Program-made: the position numbers and the translations under genes | From: Candidatus Latescibacterota bacterium | GTDB taxonomy: Bacteria > Latescibacterota > UBA2968 > GCA-2709665 | Reading direction: 5' to 3' | Length of the DNA: 64,000 nucleotides | Assembly (NCBI GenBank): GCA_012270675.1 | Contig: JAAXHW010000004.1 | Span: 2,603-66,602 of the forward strand | In this document: piece by piece, positions 7,888 to 18,091 of the stretch | Numbering within the stretch: position 1 is the stretch's first letter | Layout: every line of letters begins with the position of its first letter | Notes under the pieces: generated by a model | Databases searched by the model: none | Seen by the model: the letters and a program-made list of their open reading frames with translations, nothing else | What the model was told of the DNA's origin: nothing

Positions 7888-9387
7888 ATGTCCTGGTTAC
7901 AGACCGCCTTATTGATTGTTTACAGTATTGCACTGGGCCTGCTTCTGCTCTACAGCCTGCACCGGCATCTGCTGGTGCGGCTCTATTATAAGCATCGGAA
8001 GGTGCGACCGACCCCTGTCGGGGCTTTTGAGACATTGCCCCGGGTGACGGTTCAGCTTCCGATCTTCAATGAACTCTACGTTGCCGAGCGGCTGATCCGC
8101 GCGGTGGCCAGGATCGATTATCCCCGCGAGCTGCTGGAGATTCAGGTTCTGGACGATTCGACCGATGAGACGACGGAAATAGTCGGACGCTGTGTCACAG
8201 AACTCCAAAAACAGGGCCTGGATATTGCCTGTTTACACCGCAGCGAGCGGACCGGGTTCAAGGCCGGGGCGCTGGAGGGGGGGCTGAAGGTGGCCAAAGG
8301 GGAGTTCGTGGCGGTTTTTGACGCCGATTTTGTGCCGCCGCCGGATTTCCTGCGGAAGATGCTTCCCTATTTTGACCGTGACGTGGGGATGGTCCAGGCC
8401 CGCTGGGGGCATCTCAACCGGGATTATTCCCTGCTGACCCGGGTGCAGGCCATTTTCCTGGACGGGCATTTTGTAATGGAGCACGGTGCCCGGAGCCGGT
8501 CGGGGATGTTTTTCAACTTTAATGGGACGGCGGGGATCTGGCGCCGGCGATCGATTGAGGATGCAGGCGGCTGGCATCACGAGACCATCACGGAGGACCT
8601 GGACCTGAGCTATCGGGCGCAGCTGGTCGGATGGCGGTTTGTTTTTTTAGACGACATGGTCTGTCCGGCAGAGGTCCCGGTGGAGATGAATGCCTGGAAA
8701 TCACAGCAGTTTCGGTGGGCAAAAGGGTCGATGCAAACGGCCAGGAAGCTGCTGCCCCGCCTGCTGAAGAGTCAAATTCCGGGACGGGTCAAATTGGAGG
8801 GGTTCATTCATTTGACGGCCAATTTTTCCTATTTTCTGATGGCCCTGGTGGCGCTTCTGATCTTCCCGGCGGTACTTTCCCGGCAGGATTTCGGATGGTA
8901 CAGGATTTTTGTGGTAGACCTGCCCCTGTTTATGGCGGCTACCGGGGTGGTCTCCCGGTTTTACATCCACTCACAGAAAGAGATCTATGCCGATTGGAAG
9001 ACGAGGCTTAAATATATGCCTTTTGTGCTTGCCTTCGGGATGGGGATTTCCCTGAACAATGCCCGGGCCGTTCTGGAAGCCCTGGTGGGCCGTGAGACGG
9101 AATTTCGGCGTACCCCCAAGTACCGGGTTGTCGATCAGTGTGATACCTGGAGGGGCAAGCGCTACATTGTTCCCAGGAATCTGCTTTCTTTTCTGGAGGT
9201 GGCCGTGGGGCTTTATTTCTGCTGGGTCATCGGGTTTTCGGTGTACCACGAGATCTATTTCCCCGTTCCTTTTTTGGCCCTGTTCGGTTTTGGCTTCTTC
9301 TACGTGGGCTGGATGTCCATTTTTCAGGGGTTCCTGGAGCGGCTTCGCCTCTGGTCTGCAAAGGTGGAAACCACAGCGGCCGATTGA
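7888..9387 (+). CDS. processive membrane GT2 beta-glycan synthase (CesA/CslA-like)
   Basis: N-terminal TM helix, 'VLDDSTD', 'VFDADF', 'ITEDLDLS' and 'QQFRWAKG' (QxxRW), plus C-terminal TM helices. ATG lies 7 nt after the KAP gene stop. Confidence 0.85.
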   Translation: MSWLQTALLIVYSIALGLLLLYSLHRHLLVRLYYKHRKVRPTPVGAFETLPRVTVQLPIFNELYVAERLIRAVARIDYPRELLEIQVLDDSTDETTEIVGRCVTELQKQGLDIACLHRSERTGFKAGALEGGLKVAKGEFVAVFDADFVPPPDFLRKMLPYFDRDVGMVQARWGHLNRDYSLLTRVQAIFLDGHFVMEHGARSRSGMFFNFNGTAGIWRRRSIEDAGGWHHETITEDLDLSYRAQLVGWRFVFLDDMVCPAEVPVEMNAWKSQQFRWAKGSMQTARKLLPRLLKSQIPGRVKLEGFIHLTANFSYFLMALVALLIFPAVLSRQDFGWYRIFVVDLPLFMAATGVVSRFYIHSQKEIYADWKTRLKYMPFVLAFGMGISLNNARAVLEALVGRETEFRRTPKYRVVDQCDTWRGKRYIVPRNLLSFLEVAVGLYFCWVIGFSVYHEIYFPVPFLALFGFGFFYVGWMSIFQGFLERLRLWSAKVETTAAD

Positions 9388-9503
9388 GCGCAATCGGGTC
9401 AGATTGCCACACAAAAAAGGGGCATAAGATACATTATGTAAACTTAGGCCTCCAAAACCACTGAAAACCGACTTTTTTCGACCTGCTCTCCTTCCTTTCC
9501 TCG

Positions 9504-10172
9504 TTACCCCAAAAAGCTGTCTCTCCGGTACTTCGCCTGCAGGCTTTTCATTTCCTTGTGACATCTGTCAATTTCTTCCTGGCAGGTCTTTAGATTCTGC
9601 GCATATTCCCGGTTTTGCTCGTGGAGCGTCTGGAGGCCTTCCGTCTGTTTTTTTTCGATTTGACGCATCCGGTCCAGTTCCCGCCGGAGCCAGTCGGTCT
9701 CCAAAAGCGCCTGTTTTTCGCTTTTTCTGGCATCTTTAAGCTCATCTCGCAAACGGTCCAGGTCTTCCTTGTTTTTTCGTGCCTCCGTCCATCCCGATGC
9801 CGACGAACTTTCAAGCTGGCCCAGCCGTTCATTCAAGATCTTGAGTTCGGCTCTAAGCTCTTTTACCTGAATTTCCGCATATTCAAGCCGTCCTGCACGC
9901 TGCTGGAAACTGTCGTATTCCTCCTGTGAAACGGATATGACGGGTTCTTTTTGCAGTTGTTCGGGGTCGAAATATTCCAATTTTTTTCCATATTTTTTAT
10001 AATATAATTCTATAATATTTCTATATTGAATTCTCCAGGCTCCGTTCCATTTTTCAGCATCCAAAACGCCCTTTTCAATATAATTCCTTATGGTCTTATC
10101 CGTTACTTTTAAAACATTTGCAGCCTGTTTTATGTTTAAATAACGCTGAATTTCTTCACTTTGTGCAGACAT
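9504..10172 (-). CDS. HTH (excisionase/MerR-like HTH_17) protein with long coiled-coil tail
   Basis: 'LNIKQAANVLKVTDKTIRNYIEKGVL' HTH, followed by about 150 aa of heptad-like E/K/R/L-rich sequence. The 5' third of the gene is conspicuously AT-rich. Confidence 0.6.
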   Translation of the reverse strand: MSAQSEEIQRYLNIKQAANVLKVTDKTIRNYIEKGVLDAEKWNGAWRIQYRNIIELYYKKYGKKLEYFDPEQLQKEPVISVSQEEYDSFQQRAGRLEYAEIQVKELRAELKILNERLGQLESSSASGWTEARKNKEDLDRLRDELKDARKSEKQALLETDWLRRELDRMRQIEKKQTEGLQTLHEQNREYAQNLKTCQEEIDRCHKEMKSLQAKYRRDSFLG

Positions 10173-10238
10173 AAGAACCTCTTTTGTAATTCTAAATTTT
10201 ATTATTTATTTTCTATTAATTTTATACTGTGTTCCAGA

Positions 10239-12935
10239 CTATGCTGCGCCCAATGCAGCCGCTATGAGATCTTCACTTACCGGTAAACAGAACTGCATCG
10301 CTGTAAATTTCTCTCTGAATTTGGATATACGCCCCCCCAATTTTCTGTTTTTCAGGATACTATCCGACATATATCCGGCCAGTTCCCGGAAATCGTCCTT
10401 TTGCATCCCAAATCTCGTCATTTCCTGCACCCCCAGGCGAATGCCGCTGGCATCTGAGAAGGATGCATCGCCTGGAAGGGCCTGATAATTCGTGATCACG
10501 TTGTTTTCTTCGAGCCTCCTGGCGACTTCAGCGCCTTTACCGTGCCCCACGTTCAGAATCACCTGGTGCGTTTCCGTATAGTCCACGGAAGGATCGCCCT
10601 CGACAGACAGACCGCTTTCACAAAGGGCCCTGGCAAACGCTTTCGCATTGGCCATAACCTGTGTCTGATAGTCGTCCCTGAAGGCCATCATTTCATAAGA
10701 AGCACCCAGCAGCGCCAGGAGCGTTCCCAGGTGATGGTTGCTTACATCTCCGGGAAACACTTCGGCTACGATCCGCTCCCACAGCGGCCTGTAAAAGGTG
10801 GATTCGGACATCCTGCTGGCGATAACGCCTCTCTGCGGCCCGAAAAAGGTCTTGTGTGTCGATCCGGTAACAATGTCAGCCCCCTCTTCGAAAGGCTTCT
10901 GAAAGTGCGGGCCCACCAATCCCAAAACGTGCGCCATATCGTACATGAGAATGGGCCGATCCGCTCTGTCTGCCACGAATGCTGCGATCTCTTTCACTGG
11001 CTCTGGATGCAGCACCATACTCTTGCCGAATACCGCCAGCTGTGGGCTGTATTCTTCGATCAGCGTCTTTGTCTTTTCAACGTCAATTCGATAGGGGTTA
11101 TCCTCCCTGACAGGAAAATGAACGACCGCGGGCCGTTCCGTCCTGGAATCGTGCCGCACCAAGTGCCGCAACGCGCCCATGTACTGCGCGCTTAAGTGCC
11201 CTCCCCTGCCCAGGTGGTTGTTCATCACATAGCCCAGCCTTGCAGGTTCGCCCCGTCCAAACCGGTTCAGATAATCCACCAGCCCCGAAAAAACGGACTT
11301 GTTGGCCATCTGTCCCGAAATGGGCCTCACCTCGACTTCGGAGCATTCCAGATACGCCCTGAGAACGGCCTGGGCCGCCTCTTCAACCCATTCAATAAAT
11401 CCGGTCCCCTGATAGTAAAAAACGTCCTTTGCAGCCTTTCCAAACGCTTTTATCGTCTTGTGCTCGGCATATCTGGCGGCCGGGTCCAGGATTGAAAGCA
11501 GCCTGACAAAGCGCGAGGGAGTCTGTTCCGAAGGAATCAGGTTTATCGCTCCGGACTGCCTGAGCTTCGTATTTTCAACCGCCCGCACTGACAATGCTTC
11601 TGCCTCGGGCAGCTGGTTGACGCCATACCGAAACCTTCTTGCTTCAGGGTGGATAATCACCCTGGAATACGGGGGCGCAGCCTCCAGGTTGCTCCTGACC
11701 ACGATTGCAGGTACAAAACGGCTTCTGGATTTTCGGATGTCCAGGAACTGTCCGGATTTGCCGGATACGATGGCCGAGTCGATATAGGCGATGGCAATCG
11801 CCCTCCTGTCCTGTGCTTCGCCCGGTGCAGCATATAACCCCGATCCCTCAAACCGCAGATAAGGGACAATCGTACCGCTTGTCACCCACCCAACGGGACT
11901 TTCATCCAGGTAGACCTCGTCCCCTTGTCTTGCAGAACTGATTCCCGGCCCGGTCCGGTCCCCATTCAGTATCGCGATCTGCCGAACAAACCTGGGCACA
12001 ACTCTCTCGTGGAAAGGCCTGGCGAACCTCCCCCCTGCCCTCAACCTTTCGACGACTTCCTTGTTCTGCTCTATTAATGCGCCTTTTCCGATATAATCTC
12101 CTTTGTCCACCGCAAAACTCGTGGATTTTCTGCCCAGCGCAAGCGCACAGATCGGAATGGGGTCTCCATTGGGGTCCTCACCCAGTTCATGCCCGTACAG
12201 AGGCAATCCGGATTCCAATCTCAGGGTATCCCTTGCGCCCAGACCGACGGGAACAACGCCGTGCCCCTGGCCCTGGTCGAGGACCTGTTCCCACAGGGAC
12301 AAGGCGTTCGATCGCTCTGAGAAGAGCTCAAAGCCCACAGGCTCTCCCGTATACCCTGTCCTGGCAACAATGACAGCGCTTCCGTTTATTCTGACGAACG
12401 ATAGCATATTCTTAAACGGTTCGGGCAGCCTTCCTGAATTCCCGTTCAGGCGCAGTATGTCTTCCAGAATCAACGCTGCTTTTGGACCCTGCAGAGCCAT
12501 CATCGCAAGGTCCTCGCTCTTATCCGTGAATACGGTATTGGGAAATTTGGGCCGGAACTGATCCAGCCACTGCCAGTCTTTTTCCCGGTTGGCCGCATTC
12601 ACCACCAGCATATATTCACCTTCACCTACCCGGTACAAATACGCATCGTCTATGGCACCCCCGTTTTCGTCCGGAATGAGGGTATACTGCGCCTTTCCGA
12701 CTTCGTTCAGAGCAAGTACATTATTGGTAGTTAGATACTGCAAAAAGGGAATCGCATCACCCCCGGACACAAAAAATCTGCCCATATGGCTGATGTCGAA
12801 CAGCCCGGCGTTCGTTCTCGTCGCAATGTGTTCGGAGAAAATGGTCCTGTACTGGATTGGCATGTCGAACCCACCAAATCCGAGGGTCTTTGCCCCGGCG
12901 CTTATATGCCAGTCGTAAAGAACGGTTTTTTTCAA
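10239..12935 (-). CDS. fusion protein: glycine-cleavage aminomethyltransferase (GcvT) N-terminal + archaeal-type serine hydroxymethyltransferase-like C-terminal
   Basis: The N-terminus 'VLYDWHISAGAKTLGFGGFDMPIQY...AGLFDISHMGRF' matches GcvT. From about aa 455, 'INLIPSEQTPS', 'DMAHVLGLV' and 'GSTHKTFFGPQRG' (PLP lysine motif) match SHMT. TTG start with AGGGGA RBS. Confidence 0.8.
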   Translation of the reverse strand: MKKTVLYDWHISAGAKTLGFGGFDMPIQYRTIFSEHIATRTNAGLFDISHMGRFFVSGGDAIPFLQYLTTNNVLALNEVGKAQYTLIPDENGGAIDDAYLYRVGEGEYMLVVNAANREKDWQWLDQFRPKFPNTVFTDKSEDLAMMALQGPKAALILEDILRLNGNSGRLPEPFKNMLSFVRINGSAVIVARTGYTGEPVGFELFSERSNALSLWEQVLDQGQGHGVVPVGLGARDTLRLESGLPLYGHELGEDPNGDPIPICALALGRKSTSFAVDKGDYIGKGALIEQNKEVVERLRAGGRFARPFHERVVPRFVRQIAILNGDRTGPGISSARQGDEVYLDESPVGWVTSGTIVPYLRFEGSGLYAAPGEAQDRRAIAIAYIDSAIVSGKSGQFLDIRKSRSRFVPAIVVRSNLEAAPPYSRVIIHPEARRFRYGVNQLPEAEALSVRAVENTKLRQSGAINLIPSEQTPSRFVRLLSILDPAARYAEHKTIKAFGKAAKDVFYYQGTGFIEWVEEAAQAVLRAYLECSEVEVRPISGQMANKSVFSGLVDYLNRFGRGEPARLGYVMNNHLGRGGHLSAQYMGALRHLVRHDSRTERPAVVHFPVREDNPYRIDVEKTKTLIEEYSPQLAVFGKSMVLHPEPVKEIAAFVADRADRPILMYDMAHVLGLVGPHFQKPFEEGADIVTGSTHKTFFGPQRGVIASRMSESTFYRPLWERIVAEVFPGDVSNHHLGTLLALLGASYEMMAFRDDYQTQVMANAKAFARALCESGLSVEGDPSVDYTETHQVILNVGHGKGAEVARRLEENNVITNYQALPGDASFSDASGIRLGVQEMTRFGMQKDDFRELAGYMSDSILKNRKLGGRISKFREKFTAMQFCLPVSEDLIAAALGAA

Positions 12936-12965
12936 TTCATTCCCCTATTAAATTCCGGCAATCCA

Positions 12966-15413
12966 TCATACGACCAGGTTCACCAACCGATTGGGCACGA
13001 CAATCACTTTCCTGGGCGACTTGCCCTCCAGGTGTGTCTGGACATTCTCCTGCGCCAGGGCCAGGCGCTCGATATCCTCCCGGGGCGCATCGACCTCCAC
13101 TTCGAAACGCGCCCGCACCTTGCCGTTGACCTGCACCGGCATTTCGATCGTCGCCGGGCGTGCCAGCACCTCGTCCCATTCGGGCCAGGCCTGCTCGTGC
13201 ACGCTGAATTTCCCCCCGATCCGCTCCCAGAGCTCCTCCGCCAGGTGGGGCGTCATCGGGGCCAGGAGCAGCACGAGCGTCCGGATCGCCTCCGTCCAGG
13301 TCTCCGTCTTGACGACCGGCGTCGCTTTCGCCCGGCCCAGCCCGTTGGTGAACGTCATCAGCGTGGCAACCGCCGTGTTGAAGGCAAACGCTTCCAGGTC
13401 CTTCGACACCTTCTTCACCGTCAGGTGGATCAGCCGCTTCAAGGCGTCGATATCGGCCTCCGTGGCCTGGCCCTCAACCTCCGGCGGGTGCCCGACCACC
13501 AGCGACCAGACACGGTTCAAAAACCTCGGCGTGCCTTCCATGCCGGAAGAGCTCCACGGCCCGCCCTGGTCCCACCGGCTGAAGAACATCAGGTAGGTAC
13601 GCACGCTGTCTGCACCATAGCGGTCTACCCACTCGTCCGGATTGATCACATTGCCCCGGGACTTGCTCATCTTTTCGGAGTCCTCGCCCAGGACAATCCC
13701 CTGGTTGTAGAGCCGGACCATCGGTTCGTCGTCGTCCACCAACCCCATATCCCGCATCGCCTTGGTGAAGAACCGGGTGTAGAGCAGGTGCATTGTGGCA
13801 TGTTCGATGCCGCCTGTGTACTGGTCCACCGGCAGCCAGTAATTCCCCTCCTTCGGATTGAAGGGGGCCTGGCTGTAATGGGGACTCAGATAACGATATT
13901 GATACCATGATGAACACATGAAGGTATCCATCGTATCGGTCTCCCGAACGGCATCTCCACCACATTCCGGGCAGGTTGTATGGAGAAAGGCCTCGTGGTA
14001 TTTCAGGGGGGACTCGCCCGTGGGCAGGAACTCAGCGTCTTCTGGCAGCAGCACGGGCAGATCTTCCTCCGAGATGGGAACGGTTCCACACGCAGAACAA
14101 TAGACCATGGGAATGGGACACCCCCAGTAGCGCTGGCGGGAGATCAGCCAGTCGTGCAGCCGGTAGTTGACCTTGCGCTCCCCGATGCCCCGGGCCTCCA
14201 GGTCATCGGCCACGGCCTCCCAGCCTTCCTCTGAGGAGAGTCCGTCGAACCGGCCGGAGTTGACCATCCTGCCCGGATCGGTACAGGCCTCCTCTGGAGG
14301 GTTGCCGTCCCAATCGGGCGGGGCGATGACCACCTGGATCGGCAGGTCGTAGCGTTTGGCAAAGTTGAAATCCCGCTCGTCGTGCGCAGGCACGGCCATA
14401 ATCGCTCCCGTTCCGTAGGTGGTCAGCACATAGTCCGCAATGTAGATCGGAACCTCCGCGTCGTTCATGGGGTTGATCGCATAGGCCCCGATGAACACGC
14501 CGTCCCGTGCCCTGTCTATCGACAGCCGTTCGATCTCGGACCGGCGCAGGGCCCCGGCCGTGTAGGCCTCTACTTCCGGGCGCTGGTCTTCGGTGGTGAT
14601 CCTGGCCACCAGAGGATGCTCGGGAGCCAGCACGGCGAAGGTCATGCCGAAGGTGGTATCCGGCCTTGTGGTGAACACCCGGAATCCCTCTTCCCGGCCC
14701 TTGACGCGCATCTCGAATTCAACGCCCTCGCTCCGACCGATCCAGTTGTTCTGCATGGTCACCACCCGGTCCGACCAGTCGATCCTGGAAAAGTCCAGGA
14801 GCTCTTCCGCGTAGTTTGTGATGCGCAAGAGCCACTGATCCAGCTCTTTCACAACAACCGGGGTCTCGCACCGCTCGCAGTGCCGATCCTCGCCCTGGAC
14901 CTGCTCCCGGGCAAGCGTCGTATTGCAGCCCGGACACCAGTCTACCGGGGCCTTCTGCCTGTAAGCCTGGCCGTGTTTGTAGAACTGGAGGAACAGCCAC
15001 TGCGTCCAGCGATAATATTCGGGCACACAGGTGATCGCTTCCCGTTCCCAGTCAAACATCGTGCCCATCGTTTTAAGCTGCTCCCGCATCTGTTCAACGT
15101 TGTCCATCGTCCACTTAAACGGATGAACACCCCGCTGGATGGCCGCATTCTCGGCGGGCAGCCCGAATGCGTCAAAACCGATGGGAAAGAGCACGTTGTA
15201 GCCCTTCATACGCATAAACCGTGCCCGGACGTCGGAGGGGGCTATCGCATACCAGTGTCCGATATGGAGGTCGCCCGAGGTATAGGGCAGCATCGTCAGC
15301 GCGTAGTGTTTGGGACGGTCCCCGTCAACCGTGCTTCTGTAAAGCCCGGTCTCTTCCCAGCGCTTCCGCCATTTCGTCTCAATTGAAGAAAAGTCGTACC
15401 CACCGTCTGCCAT
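12966..15413 (-). CDS. leuS: leucine--tRNA ligase
   Basis: 'FSSIETKWRKRWEE', 'PYTSGDLHIGH' (HIGH) and 'KMSKSRGN' (KMSKS). ATG at 15413. The track extension to 15725 overlaps asnS. Confidence 0.95.
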   Translation of the reverse strand: MADGGYDFSSIETKWRKRWEETGLYRSTVDGDRPKHYALTMLPYTSGDLHIGHWYAIAPSDVRARFMRMKGYNVLFPIGFDAFGLPAENAAIQRGVHPFKWTMDNVEQMREQLKTMGTMFDWEREAITCVPEYYRWTQWLFLQFYKHGQAYRQKAPVDWCPGCNTTLAREQVQGEDRHCERCETPVVVKELDQWLLRITNYAEELLDFSRIDWSDRVVTMQNNWIGRSEGVEFEMRVKGREEGFRVFTTRPDTTFGMTFAVLAPEHPLVARITTEDQRPEVEAYTAGALRRSEIERLSIDRARDGVFIGAYAINPMNDAEVPIYIADYVLTTYGTGAIMAVPAHDERDFNFAKRYDLPIQVVIAPPDWDGNPPEEACTDPGRMVNSGRFDGLSSEEGWEAVADDLEARGIGERKVNYRLHDWLISRQRYWGCPIPMVYCSACGTVPISEEDLPVLLPEDAEFLPTGESPLKYHEAFLHTTCPECGGDAVRETDTMDTFMCSSWYQYRYLSPHYSQAPFNPKEGNYWLPVDQYTGGIEHATMHLLYTRFFTKAMRDMGLVDDDEPMVRLYNQGIVLGEDSEKMSKSRGNVINPDEWVDRYGADSVRTYLMFFSRWDQGGPWSSSGMEGTPRFLNRVWSLVVGHPPEVEGQATEADIDALKRLIHLTVKKVSKDLEAFAFNTAVATLMTFTNGLGRAKATPVVKTETWTEAIRTLVLLLAPMTPHLAEELWERIGGKFSVHEQAWPEWDEVLARPATIEMPVQVNGKVRARFEVEVDAPREDIERLALAQENVQTHLEGKSPRKVIVVPNRLVNLVV

Positions 15414-15438
15414 TTGTCCCTCGCTTTTTAAACGGTCT

Positions 15439-16734
15439 TTATGGATACAACCGCTGCAGCATCCGGGGAAACGGAATGGTCTCCCGCACGTGCGGCAGCC
15501 CGCAGATCCAGGCGACGGTCCGTTCAATACCCAGGCCGAAGCCCGCATGGGGAACACTGCCGTAACGGCGCAGGTCCAGATACCACTGGAAGGGTGCCTC
15601 ATCAAGTCTGTGTTCGGCGATCTTCCGCTCAAGCTCCTCCAGACTGTCTTCCCGCTGTCCGCCGCCGATAATCTCTCCGTATCCTTCAGGTGCCAGCATA
15701 TCCATGCAAAGGGCCAGCCTCTCATCCTCCGGGTCCGACTTCATGTAAAACGCCTTACAGGCCGCCGGATACCGGTGGACGAGCACCGGCCGGTCGAAGT
15801 GTTCCGCCAGCACGGTCTCGTCCTCTCCCCCAAAATCGTCTCCCCAGGGGTGGTCAACCCCCTCTTTTTGGAGGATTTCAACTGCTTCGGTATACGAGAT
15901 CCTGGGAAAGGGCTTTGCCACACGCTCCAGGGGCCCCAGGTCCCGTTTCAGGTACTCCAGCTCCGCCCTGCGCTTTTCCAAAACCCACCGGACAACCGTG
16001 ACCACAAAATCCTCGGCCAGGTCCATATCCCCGGCCAGGTCCAGGTAGGCCACCTCCGGTTCGACCATCCAGAACTCGGTCAGGTGACGCCGGGTCTTGG
16101 ACTTTTCCGCACGAAAGGTTGGACCGAAACAGTAGACCTTCCCAAAAGCCATCGCGCCGGCTTCCATGTAGAGCTGCCCGCTCTGGGTCAGATAGGCCTT
16201 CTCGTCAAAATAGTCGGTTTCGAACAGGGTGCTGGTCCCCTCACAGGACGCCGGCGTAAAAACAGGGGCGTCTACCAGCACAAAATTCCGCTCATCGAAA
16301 TAATCCCGGCAGGCCTTCACAATTTCACTGCGAACCCTCAGAATGGCGTGCTGCCTGGACGAACGCAGCCACAGGTGCCGGTGATCCATCAGAAAGGCCG
16401 TACCGTGCGTCTTGGGAGTAATCGGGTAGGCATCGGCGATCTGGACCACCTCCAGGTCCAGAACCCCGATCTCGTACCCGGTAGAAGACCGTTTGTCTTC
16501 CCGCACAACGCCTCTGATCCGAAGGGAGGACTCCTGGGTCAGCGCATCGGACCGGTGGAAGACTTCCCGGGAGACCTCCCCCTGAAACACCACGCACTGG
16601 ATGGCGCCCGTCCCATCGCGCACCTGAAGGAAGTGGAGTTTCCCGCTGGACCGCTTGTTATACAGCCATCCCTCCAGGAGAACCTCCTCTCCCCTGTGTT
16701 CTCCAACTTCAGCAATCGATATTCGTACGGCCAT
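15439..16734 (-). CDS. asnS: asparagine--tRNA ligase
   Basis: 'HRHLWLRS', '[24 protein letters not shown]' and a C-terminal 'GFGLGIER...FPR' class IIb signature. ATG at 16734. Confidence 0.85.
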   Translation of the reverse strand: MAVRISIAEVGEHRGEEVLLEGWLYNKRSSGKLHFLQVRDGTGAIQCVVFQGEVSREVFHRSDALTQESSLRIRGVVREDKRSSTGYEIGVLDLEVVQIADAYPITPKTHGTAFLMDHRHLWLRSSRQHAILRVRSEIVKACRDYFDERNFVLVDAPVFTPASCEGTSTLFETDYFDEKAYLTQSGQLYMEAGAMAFGKVYCFGPTFRAEKSKTRRHLTEFWMVEPEVAYLDLAGDMDLAEDFVVTVVRWVLEKRRAELEYLKRDLGPLERVAKPFPRISYTEAVEILQKEGVDHPWGDDFGGEDETVLAEHFDRPVLVHRYPAACKAFYMKSDPEDERLALCMDMLAPEGYGEIIGGGQREDSLEELERKIAEHRLDEAPFQWYLDLRRYGSVPHAGFGLGIERTVAWICGLPHVRETIPFPRMLQRLYP

Positions 16735-16774
16735 TTTACGCTCCGGTTTCAAGCAGTGGGTGACGCGTGCTCCC

Positions 16775-18010
16775 CTATCGTCCAAGCGTGATCAGATGCA
16801 TCCTGTTTTCGTCCATCAGGGCCTCACAGACCTCCAGCACACCCTCCCGGGTGACCCGGTTGATGGCCACAAGCCATTCTTCCTGAGAGTGATAACGCCC
16901 CGTATAGATCTCCTCCCTGGCGATTCGACCCATCCGCCTGTCCATGCTTTCATACCCCAGGATGAGTTCCCCCCGAAGCTGGGCCTTACAGCTTTCCAGC
17001 TCTTCCTTTGAAATCCCTTCCCGTCTGAATCTGGAGAGTTCGGAACGGACGATTTCGATCGATTGCCCCGCACGTGCCCGGTCGCAGGCCAGGTAGACCC
17101 CCAACAGGCCGGTGTCTTCCAGCGCCTCCAGGTAGGAATAGACGGCGTAGGCCAGCCCAAGGCGTTCCCGTACATGTTGAAACAGCCGGGAACTCATCCC
17201 CCCTCCCAGGGCTGTATTGGCAACCAAAAGGTCGTACTGCTGGGGGTGTGTGTAGGCATAGGCCGTTGTGCCCAGGCAGATGTGGGTCTGTCCGACATCG
17301 CGCTGGTAATGGCACTCCGTCCGCACCGCATCTGTGGGCCGCTCTCTGACCAGCTGGCATCCGGCCGCTCCGGATGGTTTGAAGAGCCGGCATACCAGAT
17401 CCACCAGATGATCATGGTCCAGGTTACCTGCGGCTGAGATCACCATCCTGTCGGGGCGGTAGGTGCGGTCGAGGTGGCCCCGGAGGGCCTCTCCGGTAAA
17501 GGTGCGTACCGTCTCCGGGGTGCCCAGGATAGGTGCCCCCACCGGATGCCGGCCCCAGACCGATCTGGCAAACAGGTCGTGAACCAAGTCTTCGGGGGTA
17601 TCTTCCACATTCTGGATTTCCTCCAGGACCACCCCTTTTTCTTTTTGGATCTCTCCAGCGTCCAGACGCGGGTTTTGAAGCATGTCCAGGAGGACATCCA
17701 GCGCCACGTCTATGTGTTCATCCAGGCACCGCGCATAAAAGCAGGTAAGATCCCGGTAGGTGAACGCATCCAGGCTCCCCCCCAGGGACTCCAGGCTGTG
17801 GACAATTTGGAAGGCATCCCGCTTTTGGGTGCCTTTAAAGAGCATGTGTTCCAGAAAATGGGAGATCCCGCGCTCTGCGTCTCTTTCGTCCCGAGACCCC
17901 ACCTGCACCCAGGTACCAAGGGAGACGGACCGAACAAAAGGAACCTGCTCGGTCAGAATTCGGAGACCATTGTCCAGCTTTGTTTTTCGAAAACGCCTGC
18001 CTGGGGCCAC
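16775..18010 (-). CDS. M16 family (pitrilysin-like) zinc peptidase
   Basis: Inverted zinc motif '[11 protein letters not shown]'. 411 aa. Confidence 0.85.
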   Translation of the reverse strand: MAPGRRFRKTKLDNGLRILTEQVPFVRSVSLGTWVQVGSRDERDAERGISHFLEHMLFKGTQKRDAFQIVHSLESLGGSLDAFTYRDLTCFYARCLDEHIDVALDVLLDMLQNPRLDAGEIQKEKGVVLEEIQNVEDTPEDLVHDLFARSVWGRHPVGAPILGTPETVRTFTGEALRGHLDRTYRPDRMVISAAGNLDHDHLVDLVCRLFKPSGAAGCQLVRERPTDAVRTECHYQRDVGQTHICLGTTAYAYTHPQQYDLLVANTALGGGMSSRLFQHVRERLGLAYAVYSYLEALEDTGLLGVYLACDRARAGQSIEIVRSELSRFRREGISKEELESCKAQLRGELILGYESMDRRMGRIAREEIYTGRYHSQEEWLVAINRVTREGVLEVCEALMDENRMHLITLGR

Positions 18011-18091
18011 AGGATAGTCCCCCCGAAATAAAGCGAAAAGACGACCGGGGAAATTCCGATCGCCTTCTCCTCACCGGTCCAAACAGGCCAG

